64,000 bases of DNA from positions 1 to 64,000 of IMG/VR virus record IMGVR_UViG_3300037119_005106. One strand, written 5' to 3'. Under the pieces are notes generated by a model. That model searched no databases. It saw nothing but the letters and a program-made list of their open reading frames with translations, and had not been told where the DNA came from. How positions within the stretch are numbered: the first letter of the stretch is position 1; each line of letters opens with the position of its first letter. Positions 18,324 to 29,074 of the stretch are shown here, one piece after another. The stretch is from a virus. Position numbers and translations under genes: made by a program.

Positions 18324-21300
18324 TTATTTATAAGATTGTCTAAAATAGTTTATAATGGAAAACAGTTTAATTTTAGTATTTGATACTGAATTTATCTCTA
18401 ATTCAAAAGAACACCATTCCCCTCTTAAATCATCATAATCATCTGGATTCTTAGCAGGGAAGGTATGAAGTCCTTCTCTGATTTTATACCAGTGGTGCGT
18501 TCCGGGAACAACTCTTGTTTGCCCTAACGAAGTTATGAAAGTAGTCTTTAATAAAGGATAATTTGTACTTAAAATAACTCCAAGACCTTTATTGATTTTT
18601 GTTTCAAAAAAATCTGGAGCTGAAATAACTTTTAATTTTAAGTTTTTCTGAGATTCAAATAACTCCAATTCATTACCACTATTCAATTCTCCTAGTTTCT
18701 GAGAGGATTCATAAGGAGCAATTACTTTGTTTTGAAACATAAAATACAAATCATTATTGTATTCTATTTTACCATTAAAAACTTCCAACAACTCATTGTA
18801 TGAAACAACAAAGTTAATATCATTTTTGGTTCTAAAACGTATATTGGTTTCTTTAAATTCATCATCATAATATCCTTCAGCAGAAACAACATCATTGTCT
18901 TTAAACATTCTCAATATTTCTAAAGCCAAAAAATTATCAACCAATAAAGGTTTTACTATTTTAACGATTTCTTTTTTCAAATCATCATAAAACACAAATC
19001 CAAAAGGACTTTCAATTATAGCCCTTCTAAAAGACGTTCCGTAATCGCTAAGTACTTCATGTCCACTTATTGATTTTCCATCGCCTTGAGCAATCTGAAT
19101 AGCCGAACCACCCTTATCTGGAGTTATAAACGATCTTTCATCTATAAGTATTTTAGAAGTTTGCAATCCTTGAACAGCATAGATTTCATCTTTGTATTTT
19201 ATGATGTTTAAAACAGAACCTTTGTTCTTATCCAATTCATAAAACTCATTTGTAGAAAACTTAGACCAAGCATCAATACTATCTCCATTCAACTTAGTAT
19301 TGGACACAGCAATCACATTATTTAGAATAGGCTCATCTTTAAAATCATAAGGAACAGGAATAGATTTTCTTAAATCATTTTCTTGAAGATATCCAGAATT
19401 ATAAAGTTCTTCATATTTAAAATCAATACTACTACTGAATAAATAGAATTCTTCTGAATTGGCTAATCTTGGCTCGATAGTACTTTCTAATACAACACTA
19501 TAACACCAAGCGTTGTATTTATTGTATTGATATCTTCTTTCATCTTCATTACCACCATGACCAGGAAAGTTATCCCAATGCATACCAATTGAAACAGGAG
19601 TTTGAGAACCTCTATAAGAACTTTTGTTTCTTAGATAAAGACTGCAATAACTATCTCCTTCAACATAAAATATTTGAGAAACAACTAATTCTTTAGTAAC
19701 TGGAATAACATCACTCAAAGGAATGTATTCATTTGAAGCATAAGCAAATTCTGTTCGACCACCATAAATAGAATCTTGGATATTTCTTTTTAGATTAGAA
19801 ACAATATAGGAATCACGGCCATATAAAGAATCTTCATTTCTATATCCCCAATCACCAAAATTAACTCTACTTTTTATAAGATATTGCCTTTGAGAAATAT
19901 TAGTTTCGTTGAAGAAATTGAACTTTGTTTTTATAAAAACACTTTTTCTTCCACCAGCAATATTATTTACTCTAAAAATTGTTTGCTCTCTATTATTTCC
20001 ACTTCTTGCAGAACCACAATAAAACCATCCTGGACAACCTAAAGTAAACGCATGATTTGCATAATCAAAAGTATCATTGAATTTATATCCAGACAATATT
20101 TGTCCTTCTCCTATTTCAGAAGCTTTATCAATTTCATAAACATTACCAGAACTTGGTGTATTTTGGAAACTAGTATAAGATCTTCTTCTTAAAAGATTTG
20201 AAAAAACACTAACATTTACATAAAAAGGTCTTGTTTTGGAATCTCCAGCCAATAAGTTAGATGGTATTTTTTGAGAAAATTTTGGACCGCCAAAAGGAAC
20301 AGGCCCATTAAAATTAGAGCCACCATCAGAATAATAAGCCATACAACCTGGATTGTCACGATCATATCCACATGTTGCTTCGTTATAACCACCAAGAATA
20401 TTATATCTATCATGATCGGTAGATATTGATTCAATGTATTCTAACTGACATGAACTAGCTAACTTTGAAGATATTTTATTGTGAACAAAATCAGGACTAT
20501 CAAAGTAAAAAGATTTTCTATTAGTAATTACAAGTCCAGAATTATTACTTGCATTATTCATATTAGGATCGGTATCAAAATTTAATATACCTCTATGGTC
20601 ATAAACTGGACCTCCATTACTAGGCAACGCCCATTTGTCTACCATTTCAGGTTCAAAACCTAAGTTTTCATCAGGACCACCCAAATTTCCAAAATTAACT
20701 ATTCTTTCTAATGGACCAGAAATACCTTGCGCTAAAATCGTTCTATTGTTTTCATTACGCTCAACATATACGATTTGATAAGAATCTATTTCTTTGGAGA
20801 ACTCACAATTAATACGAACATCAAATTGAAGTTCTATCTTTTCAGCATACATTTCATTACCTACAACACTCCAATTTTTATAGATATCAGAATTTAAAAT
20901 AATATTACCTGTTTCATCAAGTTCCCTTTTTACTTGACCGATATCAGGTATTTTCAAATCTCCAAGAATGATAGTAAACAATCTATTTCCATTCTTATAA
21001 CACTGAATTCCTAATCGATATATCTCCCCTTTCATTACACACTTACGAAGAGAAGGTTCTTTGATTTGTAAAGGTTTTGAACCACTTACCATCCAATCTG
21101 TATTTTTTGAAAGAACATTCTCTTTAACACTATGCATAGTAACTTTCACACCATTACCATTATACCATCCATTAGATACACCACCGTAAACTAAAGAAGC
21201 GTTTTTTGCCGCATCAGTTGTCGGCCAAGGAAAACTTCTTTTCTCAGTATCATTTTCTAAATCAATAATAACTTGATTGGTTGAAAAGGTCAAAATGTAA

Positions 21301-23024
21301 TTGTAGAAATCTGTAATTACCAATTCATCAATTGGCTCAAACAATATTTTAGAACTGGAAAGTCTTATTTTAAGATTTGGAAATTTTGTATTAAAATCAA
21401 CATCTTCTTGACATACTAACAAAAATGCAGCAATTTCCTCAATACGATTAACGTATTTATAAGAGATATCAGAAATAGAAAGTTCATAGGATTCAGAAGT
21501 AAGACTATTGAATAACTTCATGCTAAAATTACCAAAAACCTCTATTTTACGATACAATCTTCTTTGAACATAAAAGAATGATTGTGTAAAATTATTATTG
21601 ATTAAATTGTATTTAACAGGATCCGGATTAAGCAAACAGTCATGCGTTTCTCCTAAATGAGAAAAACCAGCCAAAGCAAAATCCAAAGCAACATTTTTGG
21701 AATTAATAAATGAAGGATCATTACGTAAAGAAGACGCAATAAGTTTATTGTTTTTTGTTGTAAAATCAGAATTATATTTCCATGTAATAGAATTGGCATA
21801 GATATCAGCTAAAGTAACATTTTCTTTAAACTCAGGTTCAGAACCAACATGTTCAAAAGAAACTATAGCATCAATCTTTTTCTTTCCAATAACACGAATA
21901 GCGCTAGGAACATCCTTTGCTTCATACTCAATAGCAACTAATTGTACTTCTTTAAAGTTTTTATAATCCGGAATATAACATTCAATAATTACAGATTTAT
22001 TAGTGGACTCACTAATATCTCCACCCTTGAGTTCATTACCACTTCCTTCAGTTATTTTTAAACCTCTTGATAAAGCAGAGAAGTCTGTTATCTGACCATT
22101 TTCAGTAATCAATCTCATTACATAAAAAACAGTCATTGCTTTTAAACTTCCATTTTCTTGAACTGATTTTACTCTTGGATTCAATAAAGTACCAGTTGGA
22201 GAAATATTAAAATCATTAGCTTTTCTTGTTGAAAGTTTTGGATCCTTAACATTTACAACTCTTGAGTAATTGTAGTAGTCGGTAAAATAAACTCTTTTGT
22301 AACTTGCGTTTTCATCAACTCCTTCTGTACAAATTACAGCATCCATAGGAATATTCAAATAACCAACCCATAATTTTCTTCCAAGAAGTATTCCAGATGA
22401 ATTATACTTGAAAGACATAATAAAATCAGTTACATCGTCTTGATTGTTTATAGGTGGAGTAATTCCTTCAATCTCGCAAACAATAGGATTGGAAGGCATA
22501 TAGGTAAGTGTTTTAAATAATCCACCATAAGTAACATCAATTACTGTTGGTCCATCATCCTCAGTCATATTTTGACTAAAATCATCCTCATCAATTGGCT
22601 CAACAGGAACAGTAATAGTAGTTTCACTTTCTACAAAATGAGTAGAGAAAGGAATTCCGGTTACAGTATTTACATTGGAAACAATATTAAAATTATCAAC
22701 AACAACTTGTATAACTGTTTGTTCTTCTGTTTCTCCAACTTCAATTGGAAAAGTACTTTTACCAAAAACAATAAGTTCATCCTGAAAAGCATAATAACCG
22801 TTGTATTTTAATATCTGGTCATTATTGTAAACCATCTTAGAACCATTTACCGAAACGAAAGCTAATGTTCCATCCTCGCTATAAAGTCTACCATTCCAAG
22901 CATCAGCATATCCTTTAGGATTTTCAGCATGATTATCTAAGTCAACACTCCATCCCTTAGAAAATTGATGAATTTGAGCATCATTTAAATTAGGTATTTT
23001 TTTAGAATCATCTTCGGCGGCCAT
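18324..23024 (-). CDS. tail stabilisation/muzzle protein (P22 gp10-like, crAss muzzle family)
   Basis: 1566 aa, beta-rich; KRVYFTD, GEIYRLGI, YGGRT, EGDSY, LRGEW motifs typical of the crAss muzzle family; synteny. Confidence 0.75.
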   Translation of the reverse strand: MAAEDDSKKIPNLNDAQIHQFSKGWSVDLDNHAENPKGYADAWNGRLYSEDGTLAFVSVNGSKMVYNNDQILKYNGYYAFQDELIVFGKSTFPIEVGETEEQTVIQVVVDNFNIVSNVNTVTGIPFSTHFVESETTITVPVEPIDEDDFSQNMTEDDGPTVIDVTYGGLFKTLTYMPSNPIVCEIEGITPPINNQDDVTDFIMSFKYNSSGILLGRKLWVGYLNIPMDAVICTEGVDENASYKRVYFTDYYNYSRVVNVKDPKLSTRKANDFNISPTGTLLNPRVKSVQENGSLKAMTVFYVMRLITENGQITDFSALSRGLKITEGSGNELKGGDISESTNKSVIIECYIPDYKNFKEVQLVAIEYEAKDVPSAIRVIGKKKIDAIVSFEHVGSEPEFKENVTLADIYANSITWKYNSDFTTKNNKLIASSLRNDPSFINSKNVALDFALAGFSHLGETHDCLLNPDPVKYNLINNNFTQSFFYVQRRLYRKIEVFGNFSMKLFNSLTSESYELSISDISYKYVNRIEEIAAFLLVCQEDVDFNTKFPNLKIRLSSSKILFEPIDELVITDFYNYILTFSTNQVIIDLENDTEKRSFPWPTTDAAKNASLVYGGVSNGWYNGNGVKVTMHSVKENVLSKNTDWMVSGSKPLQIKEPSLRKCVMKGEIYRLGIQCYKNGNRLFTIILGDLKIPDIGQVKRELDETGNIILNSDIYKNWSVVGNEMYAEKIELQFDVRINCEFSKEIDSYQIVYVERNENNRTILAQGISGPLERIVNFGNLGGPDENLGFEPEMVDKWALPSNGGPVYDHRGILNFDTDPNMNNASNNSGLVITNRKSFYFDSPDFVHNKISSKLASSCQLEYIESISTDHDRYNILGGYNEATCGYDRDNPGCMAYYSDGGSNFNGPVPFGGPKFSQKIPSNLLAGDSKTRPFYVNVSVFSNLLRRRSYTSFQNTPSSGNVYEIDKASEIGEGQILSGYKFNDTFDYANHAFTLGCPGWFYCGSARSGNNREQTIFRVNNIAGGRKSVFIKTKFNFFNETNISQRQYLIKSRVNFGDWGYRNEDSLYGRDSYIVSNLKRNIQDSIYGGRTEFAYASNEYIPLSDVIPVTKELVVSQIFYVEGDSYCSLYLRNKSSYRGSQTPVSIGMHWDNFPGHGGNEDERRYQYNKYNAWCYSVVLESTIEPRLANSEEFYLFSSSIDFKYEELYNSGYLQENDLRKSIPVPYDFKDEPILNNVIAVSNTKLNGDSIDAWSKFSTNEFYELDKNKGSVLNIIKYKDEIYAVQGLQTSKILIDERSFITPDKGGSAIQIAQGDGKSISGHEVLSDYGTSFRRAIIESPFGFVFYDDLKKEIVKIVKPLLVDNFLALEILRMFKDNDVVSAEGYYDDEFKETNIRFRTKNDINFVVSYNELLEVFNGKIEYNNDLYFMFQNKVIAPYESSQKLGELNSGNELELFESQKNLKLKVISAPDFFETKINKGLGVILSTNYPLLKTTFITSLGQTRVVPGTHHWYKIREGLHTFPAKNPDDYDDLRGEWCSFELEINSVSNTKIKLFSIINYFRQSYK

Positions 23025-23040
23025 AGCTATATATTTTCAA

Positions 23041-23080
23041 CAAATTTAAACAAAAAAAACACACCGTTTAAAAGTGTGTT
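23041..23080 (-). promoter_or_regulatory. terminator (aacacac/gtgtgtt + U-tract) followed by -7 promoter TAAATTTG for the muzzle-cargo-RNAP operon
   Basis: caaattta 23041-23048; hairpin 23058-23080 with A-tract on the plus strand. Confidence 0.55.
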
Positions 23081-23321
23081 ATAATTGTGTTTTAATAAGA
23101 TAGTAAGCCATTAATCTGTCAAAGTGAGGTTTAGCTATTAAAAGTCTTGCTCGGTTGTTAGCGTGTGTAGGTGGATCTACTTTGGGATATCTATCCACTA
23201 CCGCTATATGGCTTTTCAAAAATAGTGCTTCATCAATTATCGTATCATGCCTTGCCACTTTTACAGGTTGGTCAGACAATGTTAAATTCAATAAAGCTTC
23301 TTTTAGTTGTGGCCAAGTCAT
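23079..23321 (-). CDS. small conserved Bacteroidota protein (DUF6965-like)
   Basis: TIIDxxxFLKSHI..PHFDRL pattern; own -7 box (caaatcta 23339-23346) and terminator. Confidence 0.45.
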   Translation of the reverse strand: MTWPQLKEALLNLTLSDQPVKVARHDTIIDEALFLKSHIAVVDRYPKVDPPTHANNRARLLIAKPHFDRLMAYYLIKTQL

Positions 23322-23359
23322 ATAGAAATTGTTTACTACAAATCTACAATATTTTTTGA

Positions 23360-24034
23360 TTATTTAACTATTAGAAATCCAGTTGCTATAATGGCTGCTG
23401 CAGCCACACCTTGCCAAACTGTTTTCTTTGTCTTTTCTTTCCTGACTGCCTTTTCTGTATTCTTTATAATATCCTTCTGCTTATTACTTATGCTATCGTA
23501 TTCAGAAACTACTTTTCCAAAATTGCTTATAATGGTATCTTTTACAACTCCTTTCTGCTCTTCTATATGGAGCTCGTCTTTTAATAATGAGTTTTCAGAA
23601 ACACAACCATCGTATTGTACAATCTCTATAATATTCTTTTTTGCAACATCATCAGATAGCGTAGTTCCGTATTGAGTGATTGTAATAGGTAATTTGTAGC
23701 GCTCTTGATAGAATTTTGCTATTTGCTTAGTATTTAGTCCTATTACTTTTTCAACCTCTCTATGAGTCTTATTTTCAACTTCTACTATTTTAACCTTTAC
23801 CTTTTGCTTTATCTTATTCAAAGAATCTAATTTTACCAATAAATTCTCGTTCTTATTCAGTAAAGAAGAAACCCGATGCTCTCCATCAACAACTTCTTTC
23901 TTGAGTAATTTATTAGTGAGCTCTAATTCTTTTCTACCATTACAACTTCCAATAAGCAACAAGGAAAGAAGAAAGATTATAATATATGGCACAATTCTAC
24001 TCCAATCAATTTTGTATATATTAAACTGTTCCAT
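23360..24034 (-). CDS. putative spanin (lipobox + coiled coil + C-terminal TM)
   Basis: LLIGSC, coiled coil, C-terminal hydrophobic helix; directly after the endolysin. Confidence 0.6.
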   Translation of the reverse strand: MEQFNIYKIDWSRIVPYIIIFLLSLLLIGSCNGRKELELTNKLLKKEVVDGEHRVSSLLNKNENLLVKLDSLNKIKQKVKVKIVEVENKTHREVEKVIGLNTKQIAKFYQERYKLPITITQYGTTLSDDVAKKNIIEIVQYDGCVSENSLLKDELHIEEQKGVVKDTIISNFGKVVSEYDSISNKQKDIIKNTEKAVRKEKTKKTVWQGVAAAAIIATGFLIVK

Positions 24035-24035
24035 A

Positions 24036-24584
24036 TTAAATCATGTTTTCGTAACGTTGAATAATCTCTGCATGTGCTATAGCCAATTTATGCTTATTGG
24101 AATGATAGAGTTTCAAATCGTTTGCATTGGAGATAAAACAAAGTTCTTGTAGTGCAACAATACCTAATTCTCTCATCAATCCTAAACGCCCTCTATGGCT
24201 TTCTGATTCGGCTTTAACACCACGATTCTTGATACCAAGAATTGAAGAGGTTGTATCAGCCAACTCTTTACCAAAAGCTTTGTCTAATCTGTCAGCATCA
24301 TCCCCAACTAATGAAGTTGTTCCGGTTGCTGTTGGTGAATCCGCAGCATCAAAATGATATTCTATTACTACCGAACCACTACCAGTTTTAATACGTTCCA
24401 GATACGTTCCAAGACGCTCGTCATCTTTATCCTGAATTACTTTAACACCTCTTCTAAGAAGGTCTGTTATTACCAAATCACGAAACTCTACTGTTAGGTC
24501 TGCTTCATGATATCCATTTCCAATTGCTCCTGGATCTGGTTTAATTCCTTTTGGGTTATGCCCCGCACTAGCAAATACTGTCAT
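24036..24584 (-). CDS. endolysin, N-acetylmuramoyl-L-alanine amidase (Amidase_3)
   Basis: SAGH, DPGA..E, HFDA, ELCFISN Zn-binding/catalytic motifs. Confidence 0.93.
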   Translation of the reverse strand: MTVFASAGHNPKGIKPDPGAIGNGYHEADLTVEFRDLVITDLLRRGVKVIQDKDDERLGTYLERIKTGSGSVVIEYHFDAADSPTATGTTSLVGDDADRLDKAFGKELADTTSSILGIKNRGVKAESESHRGRLGLMRELGIVALQELCFISNANDLKLYHSNKHKLAIAHAEIIQRYENMI

Positions 24585-24589
24585 AATTA

Positions 24590-25276
24590 TTATTTTATTG
24601 GTTCTTGTTCTTTTTCTTCTACTTCTTCATCAAATCCATCATCTTTCTCTTTCTTTAAAAAAGCAGCTAGTCTTGGTTCAAACATACTTTCTACTATGGG
24701 AAAGATGGGTGGTTTTTTACCATAAACATATTCTATATTTCTACCAATGGATTTAAAATCATAATACCAGAAAAAAGCTATTGGCGCTTTAACAACTACT
24801 CCTGATGCAAAGCCCATAAGAACAGCAATAGAACTATCGTCTTTTTGATACTCCATTATGTGATTGGCGCAGAATAAATAGAAGATAAGCGTTAAGCATT
24901 TGAAGAAGGTAAATAATAGTTTCTTTGAATTAAATTGATATCCTCTGTATAGCCGAATAAACCTTGCTCTATTTGGATCATCTGATTCTAATCGCTTTGC
25001 TTTTCTGTAATAAGTATGTGATTTTTTAATCGACCTCTGGACTCCAAATACAGCATCAATGAGAACAGTTCCTATAACAATCAATAGAATAAAATTAGAT
25101 ACTCCAAAATACTCTCGTTCATAAAAAGTAGACAAACACTGATGAATAGTAGCTAGACTAACTGTTTTAAAATACAAATCAAAATCATTGGCCGACACAA
25201 GTATATTCACCTTTTTTATATAAAGATGAATTGGTTTAAAATATGTCGTAAAGCAAGTGTACATAAATAACGTCAT
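24590..25276 (-). CDS. putative holin
   Basis: About 3 TM segments, D..FGV and KSIGRN motifs, charged C-tail, adjacent to the endolysin; start uncertain. Confidence 0.65.
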   Translation of the reverse strand: MTLFMYTCFTTYFKPIHLYIKKVNILVSANDFDLYFKTVSLATIHQCLSTFYEREYFGVSNFILLIVIGTVLIDAVFGVQRSIKKSHTYYRKAKRLESDDPNRARFIRLYRGYQFNSKKLLFTFFKCLTLIFYLFCANHIMEYQKDDSSIAVLMGFASGVVVKAPIAFFWYYDFKSIGRNIEYVYGKKPPIFPIVESMFEPRLAAFLKKEKDDGFDEEVEEKEQEPIK

Positions 25277-25348
25277 TAGATACTATTATTTTTCTGATTA
25301 TTAATTGGTTTAAAGTTAGGTATTATTTTTTAATATTTAATTAAACAG

Positions 25349-26125
25349 TTATTTCCAATTCCATTCTACAAACCTGACAAGAGGTGAATTTGCCACAGTA
25401 TATAGTTTTTTACCATCATTTCTAAACCACAACCCTAAAATTGCACCAAACTGTGATCTGTTTTCTGTTCTAAAAAGAGTTAGTGTTGACACATCCCAAG
25501 GAGTGGAGGCTTTGTACTGTTTTATTACTTGTATAGCACTGGGTAAATAAAAATTAATACCGTCAGGTGAAATCCTAATATCTTGAAAAGTTGTACTGTC
25601 TGCGGATAAATCTTTAGATGTTATTAATGTTTTCGTAGAAACGTCCCATGCCGTACTTAGAGAGTAACTGTACATAGTGGTGGCGGTCATAATGAATAGC
25701 AATGTTCCATTACTATTAAACTCTATTCCTCTACCATTTGCAGGAATACTAGTTGTTTCCGCTGTTGTTTTAACAGAAACATCCCATGCAGTAGTTAAAT
25801 TAAAAGCTTGTATTAAATTCGATGTAATATTTACTAGATATAATTTTGTACCGTCATTTTTTAAAGTTAATCCTTGCTGACTTCCTGTTTGACTTTTGTT
25901 TATATAATTAAGTGTACGGGTTGATATATCCCAAGGTATGCTTAAATCTCCTTGTGATAGCTCATTGTTGTCCGCACAAGTGTAAACTCTAGTGCCGTCA
26001 GGTTTAAAAAAAATACCTGATTTCCTTTGTGATTCTGTACCAGCTGTAATTTCAAGACCAGCTTTAACAACTAAATTAATAAGATTCCAAGTAGCTTTAA
26101 ACAGATATGGGTTTACTAGATTCAT
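25349..26125 (-). CDS. beta-propeller tail adhesin / receptor-binding protein
   Basis: Likely start MNLVNPYLF; five G-x-x-F/L-x-x-[DN]G-x-x-x-[YF] blades, four ending in WD[IV]S. Confidence 0.65.
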   Translation of the reverse strand: MNLVNPYLFKATWNLINLVVKAGLEITAGTESQRKSGIFFKPDGTRVYTCADNNELSQGDLSIPWDISTRTLNYINKSQTGSQQGLTLKNDGTKLYLVNITSNLIQAFNLTTAWDVSVKTTAETTSIPANGRGIEFNSNGTLLFIMTATTMYSYSLSTAWDVSTKTLITSKDLSADSTTFQDIRISPDGINFYLPSAIQVIKQYKASTPWDVSTLTLFRTENRSQFGAILGLWFRNDGKKLYTVANSPLVRFVEWNWK

Positions 26126-26163
26126 TTGTCTATATTTTTTGTAAACATTATAGATCGGATTAA

Positions 26164-26715
26164 TTAATTTCTCTCCCATCCTTCATCAATATTAGGTTCT
26201 TGACCATTTGTAACTTGAAGGACTTTTATGTTTCTTGTGTCAAGATTTTTAGCAAGCTTTACATTGATAGATGATAATTTATTTAAATGCGCTTGCTCTT
26301 CATCTGTTAAAGCAATATTTGAAGCTTCTTTACGAACACTATTAATCATAAACAACGTTTCGTCTTTATGTACGGATTCACTCCAAATAGAAGCATTTGC
26401 ATCTTTTTCAGCATTTTCAATTGCCATTACAATCTCCGCATTAGGTCGTTTGATTGGATTGTAGGTGATTCTATACTCTCTTAATCCTGGATAAGATGGA
26501 TGTTGTCCAAATTCTAGCAAATGCTCCAAGTCAGGAAGATTAGTTTGAAGAAGAAAAATTCTAGAATCATAATCTGGTTCAGGATAAGGAATGTTTTTTA
26601 CCAACCATTCATAATCGGGATCAATTCCCTCAACCGGAAGCATATCTTCGCGAGGATATAAATCGTGTTTAATAATTTCTTTTGTGCTTTTACGAACTAA
26701 AACTGATGGTACCAT
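26164..26715 (-). CDS. tail fibre-associated/assembly protein
   Basis: Between fibre and adhesin; YPR.D..P..G.DPD.EWL motif. Confidence 0.45.
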   Translation of the reverse strand: MVPSVLVRKSTKEIIKHDLYPREDMLPVEGIDPDYEWLVKNIPYPEPDYDSRIFLLQTNLPDLEHLLEFGQHPSYPGLREYRITYNPIKRPNAEIVMAIENAEKDANASIWSESVHKDETLFMINSVRKEASNIALTDEEQAHLNKLSSINVKLAKNLDTRNIKVLQVTNGQEPNIDEGWERN

Positions 26716-26735
26716 ATTTGTTTTTTATTAATTAG

Positions 26736-28808
26736 TTAAACTTTTTTTCCTATGAATAATATTTTCAAACCTGCTCCAGCAACTCCACTACCTATTTGAG
26801 TTACACTTACTATAATCTCTGAATCATTTGCTAAATTAACATCAGAGATTACAGCCGGAACCGCTGCCGTAACACTTGTTTTCTCTGTAGCATCAATGCT
26901 TAGCAATGTACTAAATATTGACACACCATTTTCTTTTACATTAACAATTAAACTAGATACTGTTGGAGCTGTATTAAGACTTGTTCTTACCTCAGATAAA
27001 GTCATAGCAAATGGAACTCTAAATGTTATTACATCACCTACCATTAAAGGAGAAAACTCATCGCTACACGCATAAGCAATCTCTGTTTTTGAAAGAGGAT
27101 CGCTAGTTGATAAATTACCTGATGAATCGGCTACAACAACTCTACTGCCAGTTCCAGCAAGATTAGGAACATTAAGACTTCCGTCTTTATTTACTTTTAC
27201 TTTTATAGAAATAGTACCGTCAGAATTTCTAGTTGCAAAATTCATTGAAACAGCATTGGTATTGGTTCTTTCGTCAGGCGTATCAATATAAGCAACTTCA
27301 ACACTATTGGAAGCGAACCAAGACAATCTTCTGCTTTTTGGTGATGCAGTTGTGCCATCACTATCAACCATTATTCCTAATACAGAACCAAGACTACGTA
27401 TTAAAAACTTAGACAAATTAAATATATTGGTACCAATAGAGATTCCGCCATATCTAAAAATATGGTTTGTTTTATTATTTCCCGCATCTACTTCCGGTCC
27501 AGCCAAAAGAAAATTTGATATTTCAGAAGTAATTACTTCAGGTTCATAAAGACTAGTAGAAGAATTATAAACCCAAGTTGAATTATTATTACCTATATAT
27601 AAATTTTGACTATCTAATCTTAATGAATCATCATTTACAGTAGGAGGATTATTTAAATCAAATATTGTTGCTGAAAGAGAGTTTGGATTTGTGAAATTGA
27701 AAAAAACATTTTTAGCATATGTTTTTGGTATCTTATCCAATTCTTCCTCTAGACCTTCTATATCTGAAATAGTATTTCTTAGAATACCAACGAAACATAA
27801 AAAATAACTATTCCAAGCCGTTTGTCTTGCTTTGAAATGAGCTATTTCTTTATACTTCATAACAAGATCTTTCCCTTCAGTAAAAGCAAATTTATACGCT
27901 CCACCAGAAAAAGGAGAACTATAATCATATATTGTAAAAGGAGCACCAGTATAGTTGAAAACATAAAAATCTTTCCATTCATACATTTCATCCAAACCTT
28001 CGTCAATAATATTTACCCCTCCTAAACTTGTTGCCCCTCCAGCTATTTGGATTAAAGATTTTTCGGTAGGAATATCAACAAAAGGAACATGTCCATAACT
28101 AACAGGAAAATCAAAAATAATTCCACCTTTTGAAGTTTTAGTTATATAATTGTCACCAATTATAGGCATAATAGGTTCACTAATACCGGTATCTGTTACT
28201 TTTACCCAAGTAGCATAAATTCCACCATTAGGAAGAACAGGAGCAAATGGTTCTCCTAAAGATTCTTCGCCAGATATCATATCAAAACTATTGCTTACAT
28301 TAGGAACAAAATAAACAAGTCTTGAGTAATCGGTTGATGACAAAGGAATAGTTATAGTTTCTTCAACAGGATTGCTATAAGGTATATTTGCTATTATCCA
28401 TTTCCATTCCGGATTAAAAACAATATCGTTACCCGTAACATAAGCTCCAGTAGCTTCTGTTATTTCATTGATAGTACTAAATAAATCCTTAGCTTCAGTA
28501 AGCTTGTAAAAATTATATTCTTTACCAGAGTAATTAACATCATCAACAATCCATCGAAGAGGATAAGTAAAATTCTGAGCAACAAGACCTACCTCTGCAA
28601 CAGTTCCTACTCTCCATTCCCATTTAGTATCTTCTTCTCTACAATGAACAATAAGTTTGTCATAATATGTAAAAGCTAGATTGTCATTAAGCCCTAAACT
28701 AGACAAAATACTTTCCGAAGGACTATACTTTATGTAATCTAATGGTATTTGTGCCGGAACAGATAAGCCGGTTTGTATATCAGTTTTATTAGGATTGCTG
28801 CTAGACAT
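26736..28808 (-). CDS. tail fibre protein
   Basis: N-terminal PLD..LAFTYY anchor, LAGTGSRVVVADSSGNLS repeat, C-terminal adhesin-docking beta domain. Confidence 0.7.
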   Translation of the reverse strand: MSSSNPNKTDIQTGLSVPAQIPLDYIKYSPSESILSSLGLNDNLAFTYYDKLIVHCREEDTKWEWRVGTVAEVGLVAQNFTYPLRWIVDDVNYSGKEYNFYKLTEAKDLFSTINEITEATGAYVTGNDIVFNPEWKWIIANIPYSNPVEETITIPLSSTDYSRLVYFVPNVSNSFDMISGEESLGEPFAPVLPNGGIYATWVKVTDTGISEPIMPIIGDNYITKTSKGGIIFDFPVSYGHVPFVDIPTEKSLIQIAGGATSLGGVNIIDEGLDEMYEWKDFYVFNYTGAPFTIYDYSSPFSGGAYKFAFTEGKDLVMKYKEIAHFKARQTAWNSYFLCFVGILRNTISDIEGLEEELDKIPKTYAKNVFFNFTNPNSLSATIFDLNNPPTVNDDSLRLDSQNLYIGNNNSTWVYNSSTSLYEPEVITSEISNFLLAGPEVDAGNNKTNHIFRYGGISIGTNIFNLSKFLIRSLGSVLGIMVDSDGTTASPKSRRLSWFASNSVEVAYIDTPDERTNTNAVSMNFATRNSDGTISIKVKVNKDGSLNVPNLAGTGSRVVVADSSGNLSTSDPLSKTEIAYACSDEFSPLMVGDVITFRVPFAMTLSEVRTSLNTAPTVSSLIVNVKENGVSIFSTLLSIDATEKTSVTAAVPAVISDVNLANDSEIIVSVTQIGSGVAGAGLKILFIGKKV

Positions 28809-28819
28809 ATCAGTTTTTG

Positions 28820-29074
28820 TTATTGATTAAATAAGAATAATGCTGCTGCTTTGTTTAAATAATCTTTAAGGTCTGTAGAGCCCAGTTTATCAGATATTTC
28901 AGAATACAAAATAAAAAGAGTAGGCTCACCATGTATTTTCACATGAAGAACATTACCTCTTAATAAAACATTTGTCAATTGATTTATCATATAAAATTCT
29001 GGAGTTCCTGTACCATCAACAACTTCAATCATTGTTGCTTTCCCTACTTTGGTAATATTTATTACTCTACTCAT
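28820..29074 (-). CDS. hypothetical tail-module protein
   Basis: ORF in operon. Confidence 0.5.
   Translation of the reverse strand: MSRVINITKVGKATMIEVVDGTGTPEFYMINQLTNVLLRGNVLHVKIHGEPTLFILYSEISDKLGSTDLKDYLNKAAALFLFNQ

Noticed and set aside
25349-28808. Diversity-generating retroelement targeting tail genes
   Set aside because: No reverse transcriptase and no TR/VR pair with adenine-specific mismatches seen in the window
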